Shown here piece by piece: positions 31,173-41,095 of a stretch of 64,000 nucleotides of DNA. A program made the position numbers and the translations under genes. The stretch covers positions 143,287 through 207,286 of the forward strand of contig CAZMQU010000001.1 of the NCBI GenBank assembly GCA_964568715.1, given 5' to 3'. This DNA comes from an uncultured Halanaerobiales bacterium. Lineage in GTDB: Bacteria; Bacillota; Halanaerobiia; B1SED10-174. Each line of letters starts with the position of its first letter. Position 1 is the first letter of the stretch. Under the pieces are notes generated by a model. It was not told the origin of the DNA. It did not search any database and worked only from the letters and a program-made list of their open reading frames with translations.

Positions 31173-32828
31173 CTACTCGACGGAAAAGATGTAGTAATAA
31201 ATGGGTTGCCCTCCCGGATACAACTCTACATCGCAATGATCAAATTTCTCACTTACTTTATTTTTCAGTTTCTCGCCATCTTCTTCCGTCACATCCGAAC
31301 CCTTATAAATAGTAATTAAAAAATCATCTTTATCAACCATAAAAGATAATAAGTCCAAAGACACCTGATCGATGTCAGCGGCGGAATTCATTATTTTACC
31401 GTTATACAGGCCAATAATGTCGCCTTCTTTAATATCCATGGAATTAATTTTCGAATCCCGAACAGCAAAAGTAACTTCACCGCCCTTAATATCTTTCAAA
31501 CTCTCCGCCATCTCTTGCCGCATCTTATCAAATTCCATTTCGGGGTTTACACGCATCATAGCAGCGACCCCTTGTGGAATTGATTTGCTGGGCAATACGT
31601 GAACATCCTTATCACAAACCTCTTTGACCTGTTCGGCGGTAAAAACAACATTTTTATTATTGGGAAGTATAATTACTTTATCGGCTGCAATACCATTGCA
31701 GGCCTCGACCAATTCGTTGGTACTGGGATTCATGGATTGGCCGCCGTTGACAATCTTTTCCACACCCATGCTCATAAATATATCACTCAAACCATCACCG
31801 GCAACCACCGCAACAATTCCAAAACCTACGTTATCGGGCGCAAGAGGCGTAGCAGCAGGAAAGACATCATGATTATGTTCTCCGTGACCTTGTTCTTCCA
31901 TGTTGTCTATATCGATTTTGCTTAGCTTGCCATACCTCAAAGCATACTCCAAGACTGAACCGGGATTGTTGGTGTGAATATGAATTTTTATCACATCGGT
32001 GGAGCCAACCACCAACAAAGAATCTCCATATTTCTCCAAGTCTTTACGGATCTTATCAATATTGGCTCCTTTTCCTTTTAATAAAAATTCAGTGCAATAT
32101 AGATATTCCAGCTTGGTTCTTTTTATCGCCCCACCGGCTTTTTCCTCCGGCAAAACAATTAATTCGCTAACGTTACCGATATCACCTTTCAAAGCCCGCA
32201 AATAGCCTTCCAATATAAAACAATAGCCCTTGCCGCCGGCATCCACTACATTGGCTTCTTTTAATACCGGGAGCATTTCAGGAGTTTTGGCCAAAGTTTT
32301 ATTGGCTTGCACCAAGGTTGCCTCCAAAACGCCTATGATATCGGTTCCACTCTCTGCCGCTTCCAAAGCGGCCTCCCCGGCTTTGCGTGCAACGGTAAGA
32401 ATAGTTCCCTCCACAGGCTTCATAACAGCTTTATAAGCACGGGCACTGGAGTTTTGAAAACCGCGGGCTAAATCTTGAGGACTTAAAACTTCCAATCCTT
32501 TAACACCATCGGCAAACCCCCTAAAAAGCTGTGAAAGAATAACGCCCGAGTTGCCCCTTGCCCCCATTAAAGCACCTAAGGCCAATGCTTCAATAACATT
32601 TGTAACCTGCCCCTCTTCGGCCTTTTCCACTTCTTTGGCAGCATCCAACAAGGTCAAGTACATATTTGTTCCCGTATCTCCATCGGGGACCGGGAAAACG
32701 TTTAGAGCATCGACCTCTGCCTGATGTTCATTGAGCCAACAAGTTGCAGCAATTACCATCTGTTTCATGGTCGATGAGTCGATGTGTTCCATCTTCTTTT
32801 GGGGTAATTGTTTAGTTTGACTCACCAA
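31173..32828 (-). CDS. fakA: DAK2-domain fatty acid kinase subunit FakA (YloV); start uncertain
   Basis: VFPVPDGDTGTNM Dak2 motif, C-terminal DegV-like domain; follows asp23 as in B. subtilis yloU-yloV. Confidence 0.85.
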   Translation of the reverse strand: MVSQTKQLPQKKMEHIDSSTMKQMVIAATCWLNEHQAEVDALNVFPVPDGDTGTNMYLTLLDAAKEVEKAEEGQVTNVIEALALGALMGARGNSGVILSQLFRGFADGVKGLEVLSPQDLARGFQNSSARAYKAVMKPVEGTILTVARKAGEAALEAAESGTDIIGVLEATLVQANKTLAKTPEMLPVLKEANVVDAGGKGYCFILEGYLRALKGDIGNVSELIVLPEEKAGGAIKRTKLEYLYCTEFLLKGKGANIDKIRKDLEKYGDSLLVVGSTDVIKIHIHTNNPGSVLEYALRYGKLSKIDIDNMEEQGHGEHNHDVFPAATPLAPDNVGFGIVAVVAGDGLSDIFMSMGVEKIVNGGQSMNPSTNELVEACNGIAADKVIILPNNKNVVFTAEQVKEVCDKDVHVLPSKSIPQGVAAMMRVNPEMEFDKMRQEMAESLKDIKGGEVTFAVRDSKINSMDIKEGDIIGLYNGKIMNSAADIDQVSLDLLSFMVDKDDFLITIYKGSDVTEEDGEKLKNKVSEKFDHCDVELYPGGQPIYYYIFSVE

Positions 32829-33174
32829 TTCTCACCCCCTGAATGTGTACATTAATTTTTTTTACCGACAAACCTAACATTTTTTTTACTGTATAAGCAA
32901 CCTTATCGATAATATTATTGGCAACTTCGCTTATATTTGTCCCATACTGTACCACTACATACAAATCAATCACCAATTTCTCATCTTCGCTGCTTATGGC
33001 TACTCCCCGGCTTAAGTTTTCACGCCCGAGAAGCTCGGACAAACCATCCTGAACCTTTTGAGAAGCCATTCCAACCAACCCATAGCATTCCATAGCGGCT
33101 AAGCCGGAAATGTTTGCTATGACATCTTTGGATATCACTATTTTTCCTAGGTTATTTACAATTTCTTGGGGCAA
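32812..33174 (-). CDS. Asp23/Gls24 family envelope stress protein (YloU-like)
   Basis: 120 aa Asp23-family small protein. Confidence 0.85.
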   Translation of the reverse strand: MPQEIVNNLGKIVISKDVIANISGLAAMECYGLVGMASQKVQDGLSELLGRENLSRGVAISSEDEKLVIDLYVVVQYGTNISEVANNIIDKVAYTVKKMLGLSVKKINVHIQGVRIGESN

Positions 33175-33290
33175 ATCAAACTCCCCTTTCCTATATGACT
33201 ATACTTATTTATTCTCTCTATCCGTCGTTATACCTTCTTGCATTACCATCAACCATGTGATACAATAAATTCCGATAAGGGGGTGTTTGC

Positions 33291-33521
33291 ATGGGTCGTG
33301 TTTGCGAGATTTGTGGCAAAGGAACCAATACTGCGAATACAATTATAAGGCGAGGCAAGGCCAAGCGGCTAGGCGGCGTAGGTAAAAAGACTACCGGTAT
33401 TACAAAGCGCTCACAAAAACCAAACTTGCAAAGAATTAAGATACTCCATAAAGGGTCACCGAAAAGGGTCTATGTTTGTACAACCTGCATTAAATCCGGA
33501 AAAATTGAACGTGCTTTATAA
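33291..33521 (+). CDS. rpmB: 50S ribosomal protein L28
   Basis: MGRVCEICGKGTNTANTI...; divergent from asp23 as in Bacillus. Confidence 0.88.
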   Translation: MGRVCEICGKGTNTANTIIRRGKAKRLGGVGKKTTGITKRSQKPNLQRIKILHKGSPKRVYVCTTCIKSGKIERAL

Positions 33522-33542
33522 AGAGGGGAAGCCCTCTTTTTT
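33519..33542 (+). terminator. Terminator after rpmB
   Basis: AGAGGG gaag CCCTCT followed by TTTTTT. Confidence 0.65.
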
Positions 33543-33937
33543 ATTTCCCCATTTATTCTACCAAAGAGGGACATAAAATTCAAAGACCTAATTGCCCTGA
33601 TTATTTCTTTTAAGGGATAGAACATTCTCCATGCTGACACCAAGTTCAAATACTCATATATTTGGCTATATACCACATTAATCGCACTTATTCACCCAAA
33701 ATCAACTTAGAAGGATTCCTATAATGTCGATTTTTTTGCCGGGCCCCCAAAGATATTCCATGTTAGATGTATTGTTCAGCATTTTCCATATTTTTTATTT
33801 GTTATATTCTGCCTATATTATACGCTATGACATTTAAAAGTATGTGCAGGCCATGGTCAAGTAGCCACCTTTTAACAGATAAATTGCAGTCAAGTCCATC
33901 AAAAATCTGCTTTCACCATGAGAATAAGGATAAACAT

Positions 33938-33970
33938 AAGCGCTAGCAATGCCTTAAGGCATTGCTAGCT
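33938..33970 (-). terminator. Hairpin/terminator overlapping the thrS stop codon
   Basis: GCTAGCAATGCC TTAA GGCATTGCTAGC perfect 12-bp stem; the loop contains the thrS TAA. Confidence 0.55.
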
Positions 33971-35693
33971 TTCTGTTTTTAATTTCATCGGTCAGCATGG
34001 CTACAAATTCTTCAATTTCAAATACACCCATATCACCTTTTGATCGATGTCGTAAAGAAATATTGCAAGCTTGAGTTTCTCTATCGCCCAATACTGCCAT
34101 ATAGGGAAACTTTTGATTTTGGGCTTGGCGAATCTTATAACCGATTTTCTCATCCCTACCGTCCACCGCGGCCCTTATATTTCTCTCATTTAATATCCCT
34201 TGCAATTGCTTAGCATATGAAATATTTTTTTCGCTTATAGGCAGAATGATAACTTGCACAGGGGCAAGCCATAAAGGAAAAGCTCCGGCAAAATGTTCAA
34301 CCAGAATGCCCAAAAATCTTTCCATGGCGCCGAAAAGAGCCCGGTGGAGCAACACTGGACGATGCTCTTGGCCATCGGGACCGACATAGGTTAAATCAAA
34401 GCGTTGCGGTAGTTGGAAATCCAGCTGAATGGTTCCTAATTGCCAGCTGCGTCCCAAACTGTCACTGACGTGAAAATCAATTTTAGGCCCATAAAAAGCC
34501 CCGTCCCCTTCATTTATCATGTAAGCCAAGCCCCGTTTGTCCAAAGCAAGAGCCAAGGCTTGTTCGGCTTTCTCCCAATCCTGCAATGAACCCATATATT
34601 TTTCTGGGCGGGTGCTTAACTCCAAACGATACTCCAGACCGAAGGTATTATATATTTCTTCAGCCATGGCGGTTACACCGAGGACCTCTTCCGTTATCTG
34701 TTCAGGAAGCATATAAATATGGGCATCATCAATATGGAAAGAGCGAACCCGCAAGAGGCCATGAAGAACGCCCGAGAGTTCGTGGCGATGAACCAAGCCC
34801 ATCTCCGCCATACGGAGGGGAAATTCCCTATAGCTGCGTGGTCTCGATTTGTAAATGAGAAGCCCGCCGGGGCAATTCATCGGCCTTATAGCATAGTTGG
34901 TTTCATCGATTGAAGTAAAATACATATTTTCCCGATAGTTTTCCCAATGCCCTGATTGATGCCATAATTCTTCCTTCAGCAAAACCGGGGTCCGAATTTC
35001 TTCATAACCATTTGCATTGTGGAGTTGTCGCCAATATTCGATCAGTTGGTTCCAAACAATGACCCCGCGTGGATGCAAAAAAGGAAATCCCGGCCCCTCA
35101 TCATGGAAACTGAATAAATCAAGCTCCCTGCCCAGTTTTCGATGATCTCTTTTCTTGGCTTCCTCCAAGCGATAAAGGTACTTTTCCAGCTCTTCTTCAC
35201 TGAAAAAAGCCGTACCGTAAATACGTTGCAACATTTTATTCTTTTCATCTCCCCGCCAGTAAGCACCGGCTATACTCAACAACTTAAAAGCCGGTACAGA
35301 ACCCGTTGACTTCAGATGAGGTCCTCGGCAAAGGTCGATAAATTCACCTTGTCGATAAATACTGATATCTTCATCGGCAGGCAACTCGGCAATCAACTCA
35401 AGTTTATATAATTCGCCCATCTCCCTAAAGGTAGCTTCCGCTTCTTCTCTGCCCATTATTACTTTCTCCAAAAGAAGATCTTCAAGAATAATTCTTTTCA
35501 TTTCTTCTTCAATTTTAGCCAAATCATCTGTCGATAAGCGCACGGTCAGGTCAAAATCGTAATAAAAACCATCGTCAATGGACGGACCGATACCCAGTTT
35601 TGCATCGGGATAAATTCTTTTTACAGCTTGGGCAAGAATATGAGATGCTGTATGCCTTAGAGCCTCAAAATCTTTTACTTCCATTCTATACAC
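33954..35693 (-). CDS. thrS: Threonine--tRNA ligase (lacks N-terminal TGS domain)
   Basis: RHTASHILAQAV (editing-domain motif), class II aaRS core, C-terminal anticodon-binding domain; 579 aa. Confidence 0.9.
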   Translation of the reverse strand: MYRMEVKDFEALRHTASHILAQAVKRIYPDAKLGIGPSIDDGFYYDFDLTVRLSTDDLAKIEEEMKRIILEDLLLEKVIMGREEAEATFREMGELYKLELIAELPADEDISIYRQGEFIDLCRGPHLKSTGSVPAFKLLSIAGAYWRGDEKNKMLQRIYGTAFFSEEELEKYLYRLEEAKKRDHRKLGRELDLFSFHDEGPGFPFLHPRGVIVWNQLIEYWRQLHNANGYEEIRTPVLLKEELWHQSGHWENYRENMYFTSIDETNYAIRPMNCPGGLLIYKSRPRSYREFPLRMAEMGLVHRHELSGVLHGLLRVRSFHIDDAHIYMLPEQITEEVLGVTAMAEEIYNTFGLEYRLELSTRPEKYMGSLQDWEKAEQALALALDKRGLAYMINEGDGAFYGPKIDFHVSDSLGRSWQLGTIQLDFQLPQRFDLTYVGPDGQEHRPVLLHRALFGAMERFLGILVEHFAGAFPLWLAPVQVIILPISEKNISYAKQLQGILNERNIRAAVDGRDEKIGYKIRQAQNQKFPYMAVLGDRETQACNISLRHRSKGDMGVFEIEEFVAMLTDEIKNRKLAMP

Positions 35694-35700
35694 CCCTTTT

Positions 35701-35995
35701 AAAAAAATGAACCTTTCGCCTGATAGAGACGAAAGGTTTTCGCGGTTCCACTCTACTAAATCAGTTTAAATAAAGCACTGATTCCCTCAATTTGATAACG
35801 GTCATTGACCGGCCTGTCCTACTCAGTTATTAAATAACCTTCAGCAGGCAGCTCCCAGGTGGTTTTCAAGCCCTGGCACGCAGAAGGATTCCAGCCAAGT
35901 CCTTCTTTCTCTTAGCGCACACTCGGACCCTACTCTTCCTATTCATAGCCATAAAATACAGATATATTTTGTAAACCCATTTTACTTTGAAACAA
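35701..35995 (-). promoter_or_regulatory. T-box riboswitch leader (Thr specifier) with terminator/antiterminator preceding thrS
   Basis: Minus-strand RNA carries AGUAGAGUGGAACCGCG (T-box consensus). It is followed by CCUUUCGUCUCUAUCAGGCGAAAGG + U7, and a candidate specifier sits in GAAAACCACC (ACC = Thr). Confidence 0.8.
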
Positions 35996-36075
35996 TAAAT
36001 AAGTCAAGAGCAATTGCAATTATTGCTTTCTTGTTTATAGCCCTCTAATTTTCGCGACAAACAATGGTCGCGCAA

Positions 36076-36633
36076 TTAAAATTTAACCTGTACCGGCTCC
36101 CTTTCAGTTTCTTTGGCAGAAAAATACTCCATCTCGGTAAAATTAAACAAACCGGCTAAAATATTACGGGGAAATTGGCGCAAACCGGCATGATATTGCA
36201 TGATGCGCTCATTATATTGACGCCGCGCCTTTTCAATTCTATTTTCCGTCTCCTGTAGTTGTTTTTGCAAATCCATAAAATTGGTATTTGCTTTTAATTC
36301 CGGATAAGATTCCGAAACAGCAATCAAACGACTTAGGGATGTCGACAATTGATTTTCGGCTTCAATACGGGCCGCAGCATCACCGGCTTTGGAGATTTGG
36401 CTTCTTGCCTCGGTTACCCTTTGAAAGACCTCTTTTTCATGGCCGGCATAACCCTTTACAGTCTCGACTAAGTTTGGAATGAGATCGAAACGTCTTTTGA
36501 GCTCTACATCAATTTGTGCCCAAGCCGCCTCTACATAATTCTTTAACCTAACCAAGGAATTATAACCGGACCATACCCATAATCCTACCAACAAGACAAA
36601 AGCTAAAATAACAAGAAAAGCAAACAAGTCCAC
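36076..36633 (-). CDS. LemA family protein
   Basis: N-terminal TM anchor + SGYNSLVRLKNYVEAAWAQIDVELKRRFDLIPNLVETVKGYA motif typical of LemA. Confidence 0.85.
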   Translation of the reverse strand: MDLFAFLVILAFVLLVGLWVWSGYNSLVRLKNYVEAAWAQIDVELKRRFDLIPNLVETVKGYAGHEKEVFQRVTEARSQISKAGDAAARIEAENQLSTSLSRLIAVSESYPELKANTNFMDLQKQLQETENRIEKARRQYNERIMQYHAGLRQFPRNILAGLFNFTEMEYFSAKETEREPVQVKF

Positions 36634-36754
36634 TCACTTCCTTTATAGACAATTTTAGCAAAGATAAACTCTATTTGTTTACTTTCAATATATAGTGTAA
36701 CATTAAACATTGCATTTTTCAAAGGCAAATCTTTTTAATATTTTTTAACAAAGC

Positions 36755-36783
36755 TTGACATAGTAACTACGAAGGTGTATAAT
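36755..36783 (+). promoter_or_regulatory. Consensus sigma-A promoter (TTGACA-17-TATAAT) for the TrmB-family regulator, with AGTAACTAC direct repeats
   Basis: TTGACA at 36755-36760 and TATAAT at 36778-36783 with a 17-nt spacer; AGTAACTAC repeated in the spacer and again about 30 nt downstream. Confidence 0.6.
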
Positions 36784-36848
36784 AATCTTAAAGTATCAGT
36801 AGTAACTACCTTGGTAGATAATCATTCATTAGAAAGGAGAATCTTTTT

Positions 36849-37670
36849 TTGGAAATTATTGACGGACTCGTAGAGTTGGGTTTTTCCTTATACGAAGCAA
36901 AGGTTTATGCCTCTTTGGTTAGACATCCGAAGGCCACAGGTTACGAGGTCAGCAAATTTTCAGGTGTCCCTCGCGCTAAAGTTTATGAGGTTTTGGAGAG
37001 TTTGTTGCAAAAAGGATTTACTTTTCTAACGGTCGAAGACGGCAAACAGCTTTATTGGCCCTTGGATTATAACACCTTGTTGGATCGTCATCAATCCAAA
37101 TTATTATCCACAGTAGAATCTTTGAAAACTTCTTTTCAACAAATTGAATCCGTAGGAGAGGTTCCTCCCTTCCTTACTATATTGGGGGCTGACAATATTA
37201 TGGCCCAAATTAAGGAGATGTGCGCCTCCAGTCGGACCAATCTGCTTTTAGTCGGCTTTTCATCGGAATTCAATGAAATATTACCTGAACTGACCGTCGC
37301 CGAAAAGAGGGGTGTCGACAGCTATATTCTCCAATACGGTAATGAAGACTTGGGACTGAAAAATCAATTTTTCCATTCAATAAGCCCTCTACAGATCAAA
37401 CAACTCGAACGTTACGGTCGTTGGTTCGGTCTGGTAAAAGATTCCCAAGAAGCAATATTGGCCCAATTCGGCCCTGCTCAAAATACAGCTCTTTTGAGTG
37501 CCAATTTAGGCTTTATTATGGCTCTGACTCTGTGGATTCAACACGATATTGCCGTATACGTTTTTGCGGAAGAAGCAAAAGATATTGAGACTATCCAAAA
37601 TATTTCAGCAAAAGTCAATAAACGCTTGCATAAACTTTGGACAATTAATTTATTCCCCGACCATCAATAA
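36849..37670 (+). CDS. TrmB family transcriptional regulator
   Basis: N-terminal wHTH LGFSLYEAKVYASLVRHPKATGYEVSKFSGVPRAKVYEVLESLLQKGF is typical of TrmB; TTG start. Confidence 0.75.
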   Translation: MEIIDGLVELGFSLYEAKVYASLVRHPKATGYEVSKFSGVPRAKVYEVLESLLQKGFTFLTVEDGKQLYWPLDYNTLLDRHQSKLLSTVESLKTSFQQIESVGEVPPFLTILGADNIMAQIKEMCASSRTNLLLVGFSSEFNEILPELTVAEKRGVDSYILQYGNEDLGLKNQFFHSISPLQIKQLERYGRWFGLVKDSQEAILAQFGPAQNTALLSANLGFIMALTLWIQHDIAVYVFAEEAKDIETIQNISAKVNKRLHKLWTINLFPDHQ

Positions 37671-37769
37671 TTTACAAACTGTTTGGGACAATCTTAAATT
37701 GCTGGAACTTCCGAGAGTAAATCGGTAAAAGAACCACAGTTCAGGTCAATTATTTAGGAGGTTGATAAC

Positions 37770-38642
37770 ATGTCCAAAAGATGTAAAGAAAACCAAAGAT
37801 TATCTTCATTGCTTCCCATTATGAGATGTCCTTATGAGGCTTTACCGCTGACTATGGGCAAAGGTGAAATTTATTCTGAAAAACAACGTTATACAATAGT
37901 CAATGGCATACCTAATTTGGTTGCAACTGATAATCTGGCAGCTTTAGATGAATTATTCCAAAATCAATACGGGGAAAAAACTGCCCGTAGATACGACATG
38001 ATGTTAAAAATGCAGAGCCTATTAATCGGTTGTCGAGAGCCTTCCCAGCGCAAACGTCTTGTTAATTTGCTGAATCCGCCTAAAGGTGGCAGGATATTGG
38101 AAATAGCCGTTGGTACCGGTGCCAATCTCCCCTATCTAGCCCGGGCGATCGGCCCGGAGGGTGAGATTGTCGCTCTGGATCTTTCCTTGGCAATGATGGA
38201 AGAAGCCAAAAGACGGATTGCCAATTTGGGCATTCCGGTTACTTTCATCAGGGCAGACGGATGTTTTTTGCCCTTTAAAGATGACAGTTTCGATGCGGTC
38301 TTCCACTTTGGTGGTATCAATATGTTCGGTAACATAAGAAAAGCTCTCGCAGAAATGGTTCGCGTAGCCAAACCGGCTGCCCCGATAATAGTCAGCGATG
38401 AAGGGATGTCAGAAAAAAGACGGCAGACCCGGTTGGGCCGCATCGTCGGTAATGTCAATTCTTTGAATCTTTGTCGCCCTCCATTCGACAAACTGCCTTG
38501 GCATGAAATCCGTGACTTCCGTTTACATTGGGCTTGGCGGGAGATATTCTATGTTCATCGCTTTATTAAAGGTGTTCAAGAAGATATCGGGCCGAATAAA
38601 GGAACCGACGAAATTATACAGGATCGAATCGGCCCGGCCTGA
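37770..38642 (+). CDS. Class I SAM-dependent methyltransferase
   Basis: ILEIAVGTGANL (motif I), DAVFHF, Methyltransf_11-like core; N-terminal CPY zinc-ribbon-like segment. Confidence 0.7.
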   Translation: MSKRCKENQRLSSLLPIMRCPYEALPLTMGKGEIYSEKQRYTIVNGIPNLVATDNLAALDELFQNQYGEKTARRYDMMLKMQSLLIGCREPSQRKRLVNLLNPPKGGRILEIAVGTGANLPYLARAIGPEGEIVALDLSLAMMEEAKRRIANLGIPVTFIRADGCFLPFKDDSFDAVFHFGGINMFGNIRKALAEMVRVAKPAAPIIVSDEGMSEKRRQTRLGRIVGNVNSLNLCRPPFDKLPWHEIRDFRLHWAWREIFYVHRFIKGVQEDIGPNKGTDEIIQDRIGPA

Positions 38643-38680
38643 TTAATTAGATGACGATAACAATAAATAACGGTTACAGT

Positions 38681-38716
38681 TAAAAGAAAGGCGCCGTAGA
38701 AAAGGCGCCTTTCTTG
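38681..38716. terminator. Bidirectional terminator between the methyltransferase and kamE
   Basis: AAAGGCGCC gtagaaa GGCGCCTTT hairpin with A-run and T-run flanks. Confidence 0.7.
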
Positions 38717-38750
38717 CTAACCACCTTGGTAGTGGTCAAAAATATTAAAT

Positions 38751-39497
38751 TTATTTCCCAAGCCTGTCCGGCAGTTGTTTGGCAATATAAGCCGCCACAT
38801 CAGGGGGCAATGTGCCAACACCGAAACCGGCATCAAATCCCAGCTCCAGAGCTAATTCGTGAGAAATCCTCGGCCCGCCCACCAGTAAGATAAATCTTTC
38901 CCGCATATCCTCCGCTTCCAGCAACTCAACCAGTTCGGTTAAATTCACCATGTGGATTCCCCGTTGGGTCACTACTTGAGATACCAATATGGCATCAGCA
39001 TTTACTGCTGTTGCTTTTTTAATCAACTCTTCATTGGGAATTTGACTGCCCAGGTTGTAGGTTTCAAACCAAGGGTATCTTTCCAATCCCGATTCGCCGG
39101 CAAAACCTTTCATATTCATAATAGCGTCAAGACCTACCGTGTGAGCATCTGAACCGGTACAAGCACCAACGACAACGATTTTTCGACCAATTTTTTCTTT
39201 TATATAATCGTTGATTTCTGAAAAAGACATCTTTTCCTGTTGAATTTCCGTTACTGTGATATTGGCCAAATTTATCGAGACAGAAGTTTTGGCATAAATT
39301 ACAAAAAAAGTATAGTCCAAAGATAAATCCTTCATTGCGACAATATCGATATCAAACAAATTCATTTTTTCAGCCAGTTGGCGGGCGGCCTCTCTCGCCC
39401 TAGGCCCTGCTTTGATTGGCAAGGTAAAACTCAATTGCACCTTTCCATCATTAAAGCTATCTCCATAAGGTTTTATCATCTTTTCCAGTGGCTTCAA
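38751..39497 (-). CDS. kamE: Lysine 5,6-aminomutase beta subunit (B12-binding)
   Basis: VVVGACTGSDAHTVGLDAI (DxHxxG cobalamin-binding motif), 248 aa, immediately downstream of the alpha subunit. Confidence 0.8.
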   Translation of the reverse strand: MKPLEKMIKPYGDSFNDGKVQLSFTLPIKAGPRAREAARQLAEKMNLFDIDIVAMKDLSLDYTFFVIYAKTSVSINLANITVTEIQQEKMSFSEINDYIKEKIGRKIVVVGACTGSDAHTVGLDAIMNMKGFAGESGLERYPWFETYNLGSQIPNEELIKKATAVNADAILVSQVVTQRGIHMVNLTELVELLEAEDMRERFILLVGGPRISHELALELGFDAGFGVGTLPPDVAAYIAKQLPDRLGK

Positions 39498-41095
39498 ATC
39501 TTCAACTCCTTTTTAAAATAGTCCAAAAAAGGATTGTAGTAATCTTTATCTTTCTCTATAAGCCCCCCATAGCCTTTGCCACCATCCTCGGAGCGCGTTA
39601 TGTCAGCAAACATCCCTGCCGCTATTGCTTGAGGCAACCCTATCTCGGCGATACTTTCCAACAAGGCGGTCGTTGCTGACAAAACTTCGCTGGCTCTTCT
39701 TTGAATTTTACCTTTTGGCGAAATCATTATCTCGTCATGAATATTGCGGGCATTGTTAAATATATAACGGGCATTTTCGATACTCAAAGTCCGATCATGC
39801 ATAAAAGGCGTATGGATTGCCTCCGTAAGCATCCCTAAAAGTTGTATTCCTTGCCCTGTTAAAATAGAAACAAAATTGAACATGCCATTCATCAAATGGC
39901 CTTTGAATATATCACCGCTCACATATTTTGTCGGTGGCATATACTTCAAAGGGGAATCGGGAAATATTTGCCGTATCAATTGGGCCTGAGCAATCTCCAA
40001 CAAAAATCCGTCTTCCAAATCAGGATCTATTTCAAAAGCATGGCCCAAACCCATTTGCCAAGATTTTAAGCCTGATCGGAAAGCCAATTCTTCATTGATA
40101 AATTGCGATGCCAAAACCGTATGACCTTTTTCGACAGCATCGGAGGTAGTCAAATAATTGTCCTCGCCGGTATTGATGATTATACCGGCATAGGCTGAAA
40201 TCATCCGGGAAAAATACTGGTCGACAAATGTTCTCTTCATATTAATGTCCCTAAATAAAATACCATACATGGCATCGTTTAAAAGCATATCCAGCCTCTC
40301 AAGGGCACCCATAGCAGCTATTTCCGGCATACATAGGCCTGATGAATAATTTACCAGTGAAATATATCTTCCCAATTCACAGGAGACCTCATCGAGGGCT
40401 TTCCGCATTATTTTAAAGTTTTCCTGAGTTGCATAGGTGCCCCCGAACCCTTCCCTAGTGGCTCCATAAGGCACATAATCAAGAAGGCTCTGGGCGGTTG
40501 TTCTTATTACGGCAATAATATCGGCACCGTTTCTAGCAGCAACCTTGGCCTGAACAACATCATCATAAATATTGCCGGTGGCAACAATTACATACAACCA
40601 CGGCTGCGGACCCCGCGGGTAAATTTCCATCAATTCTTGTCGCTCTTCTCTTTTGGTCACGATAGCTTGGCAGGCTCCTTCCACATACTTCTCCATGGTT
40701 GATTTTATTATTGAGAGAGAAGAAAGCGGAACTTCTTTTAGAGACAAACCGCCCGCATTTATCCGGTCAGCAATTTCCTGTGGGGAATTACCGGTTGTCA
40801 CCATCGCATTCCCCAACCAAAACGCAATACCTTTGGTCAATATTCCTTCATCTTGTGCCTGTTTTATTATTATGTTGGGCAAAGGTACACCATCATTATC
40901 GACACCATCAATTCCCAATAATCTCAACACAGTTCTTTCCACTGACACGGTAGTATTTAGCTCGATATGGCCTTGAATGCTGTCGGCAATATTTTTTGCA
41001 GCATTGCGACAACGCTTTACCATGTTTTTATCGACAAAAAGCTTATTTTTCAGTGCAACCACCTCCGCTAAAGTATTCTTTGCTCTTAACATCAA
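39494..41095 (-). CDS. kamD: Lysine 5,6-aminomutase alpha subunit (PLP TIM-barrel); true start probably the ATG at 41023
   Basis: 533 aa; ...TTVSVERTVLRLLGIDGVDNDGVPLPNII... N-terminal region and overall length match KamD; overlaps kamE by 4 nt. Confidence 0.8.
   Translation of the reverse strand: MMLRAKNTLAEVVALKNKLFVDKNMVKRCRNAAKNIADSIQGHIELNTTVSVERTVLRLLGIDGVDNDGVPLPNIIIKQAQDEGILTKGIAFWLGNAMVTTGNSPQEIADRINAGGLSLKEVPLSSLSIIKSTMEKYVEGACQAIVTKREERQELMEIYPRGPQPWLYVIVATGNIYDDVVQAKVAARNGADIIAVIRTTAQSLLDYVPYGATREGFGGTYATQENFKIMRKALDEVSCELGRYISLVNYSSGLCMPEIAAMGALERLDMLLNDAMYGILFRDINMKRTFVDQYFSRMISAYAGIIINTGEDNYLTTSDAVEKGHTVLASQFINEELAFRSGLKSWQMGLGHAFEIDPDLEDGFLLEIAQAQLIRQIFPDSPLKYMPPTKYVSGDIFKGHLMNGMFNFVSILTGQGIQLLGMLTEAIHTPFMHDRTLSIENARYIFNNARNIHDEIMISPKGKIQRRASEVLSATTALLESIAEIGLPQAIAAGMFADITRSEDGGKGYGGLIEKDKDYYNPFLDYFKKELKI

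Noticed and set aside
33470-33676. 68-aa minus-strand ORF overlapping the 3' end of rpmB
   Set aside because: Overlaps rpmB and its terminator hairpin; AT-rich region without RBS. The 430-nt non-coding stretch here is more likely promoter/terminator space.
40653-40976. Two overlapping plus-strand ORFs (107 and 84 aa) inside kamD
   Set aside because: Antisense to kamD, which has coherent family similarity; no independent signals.
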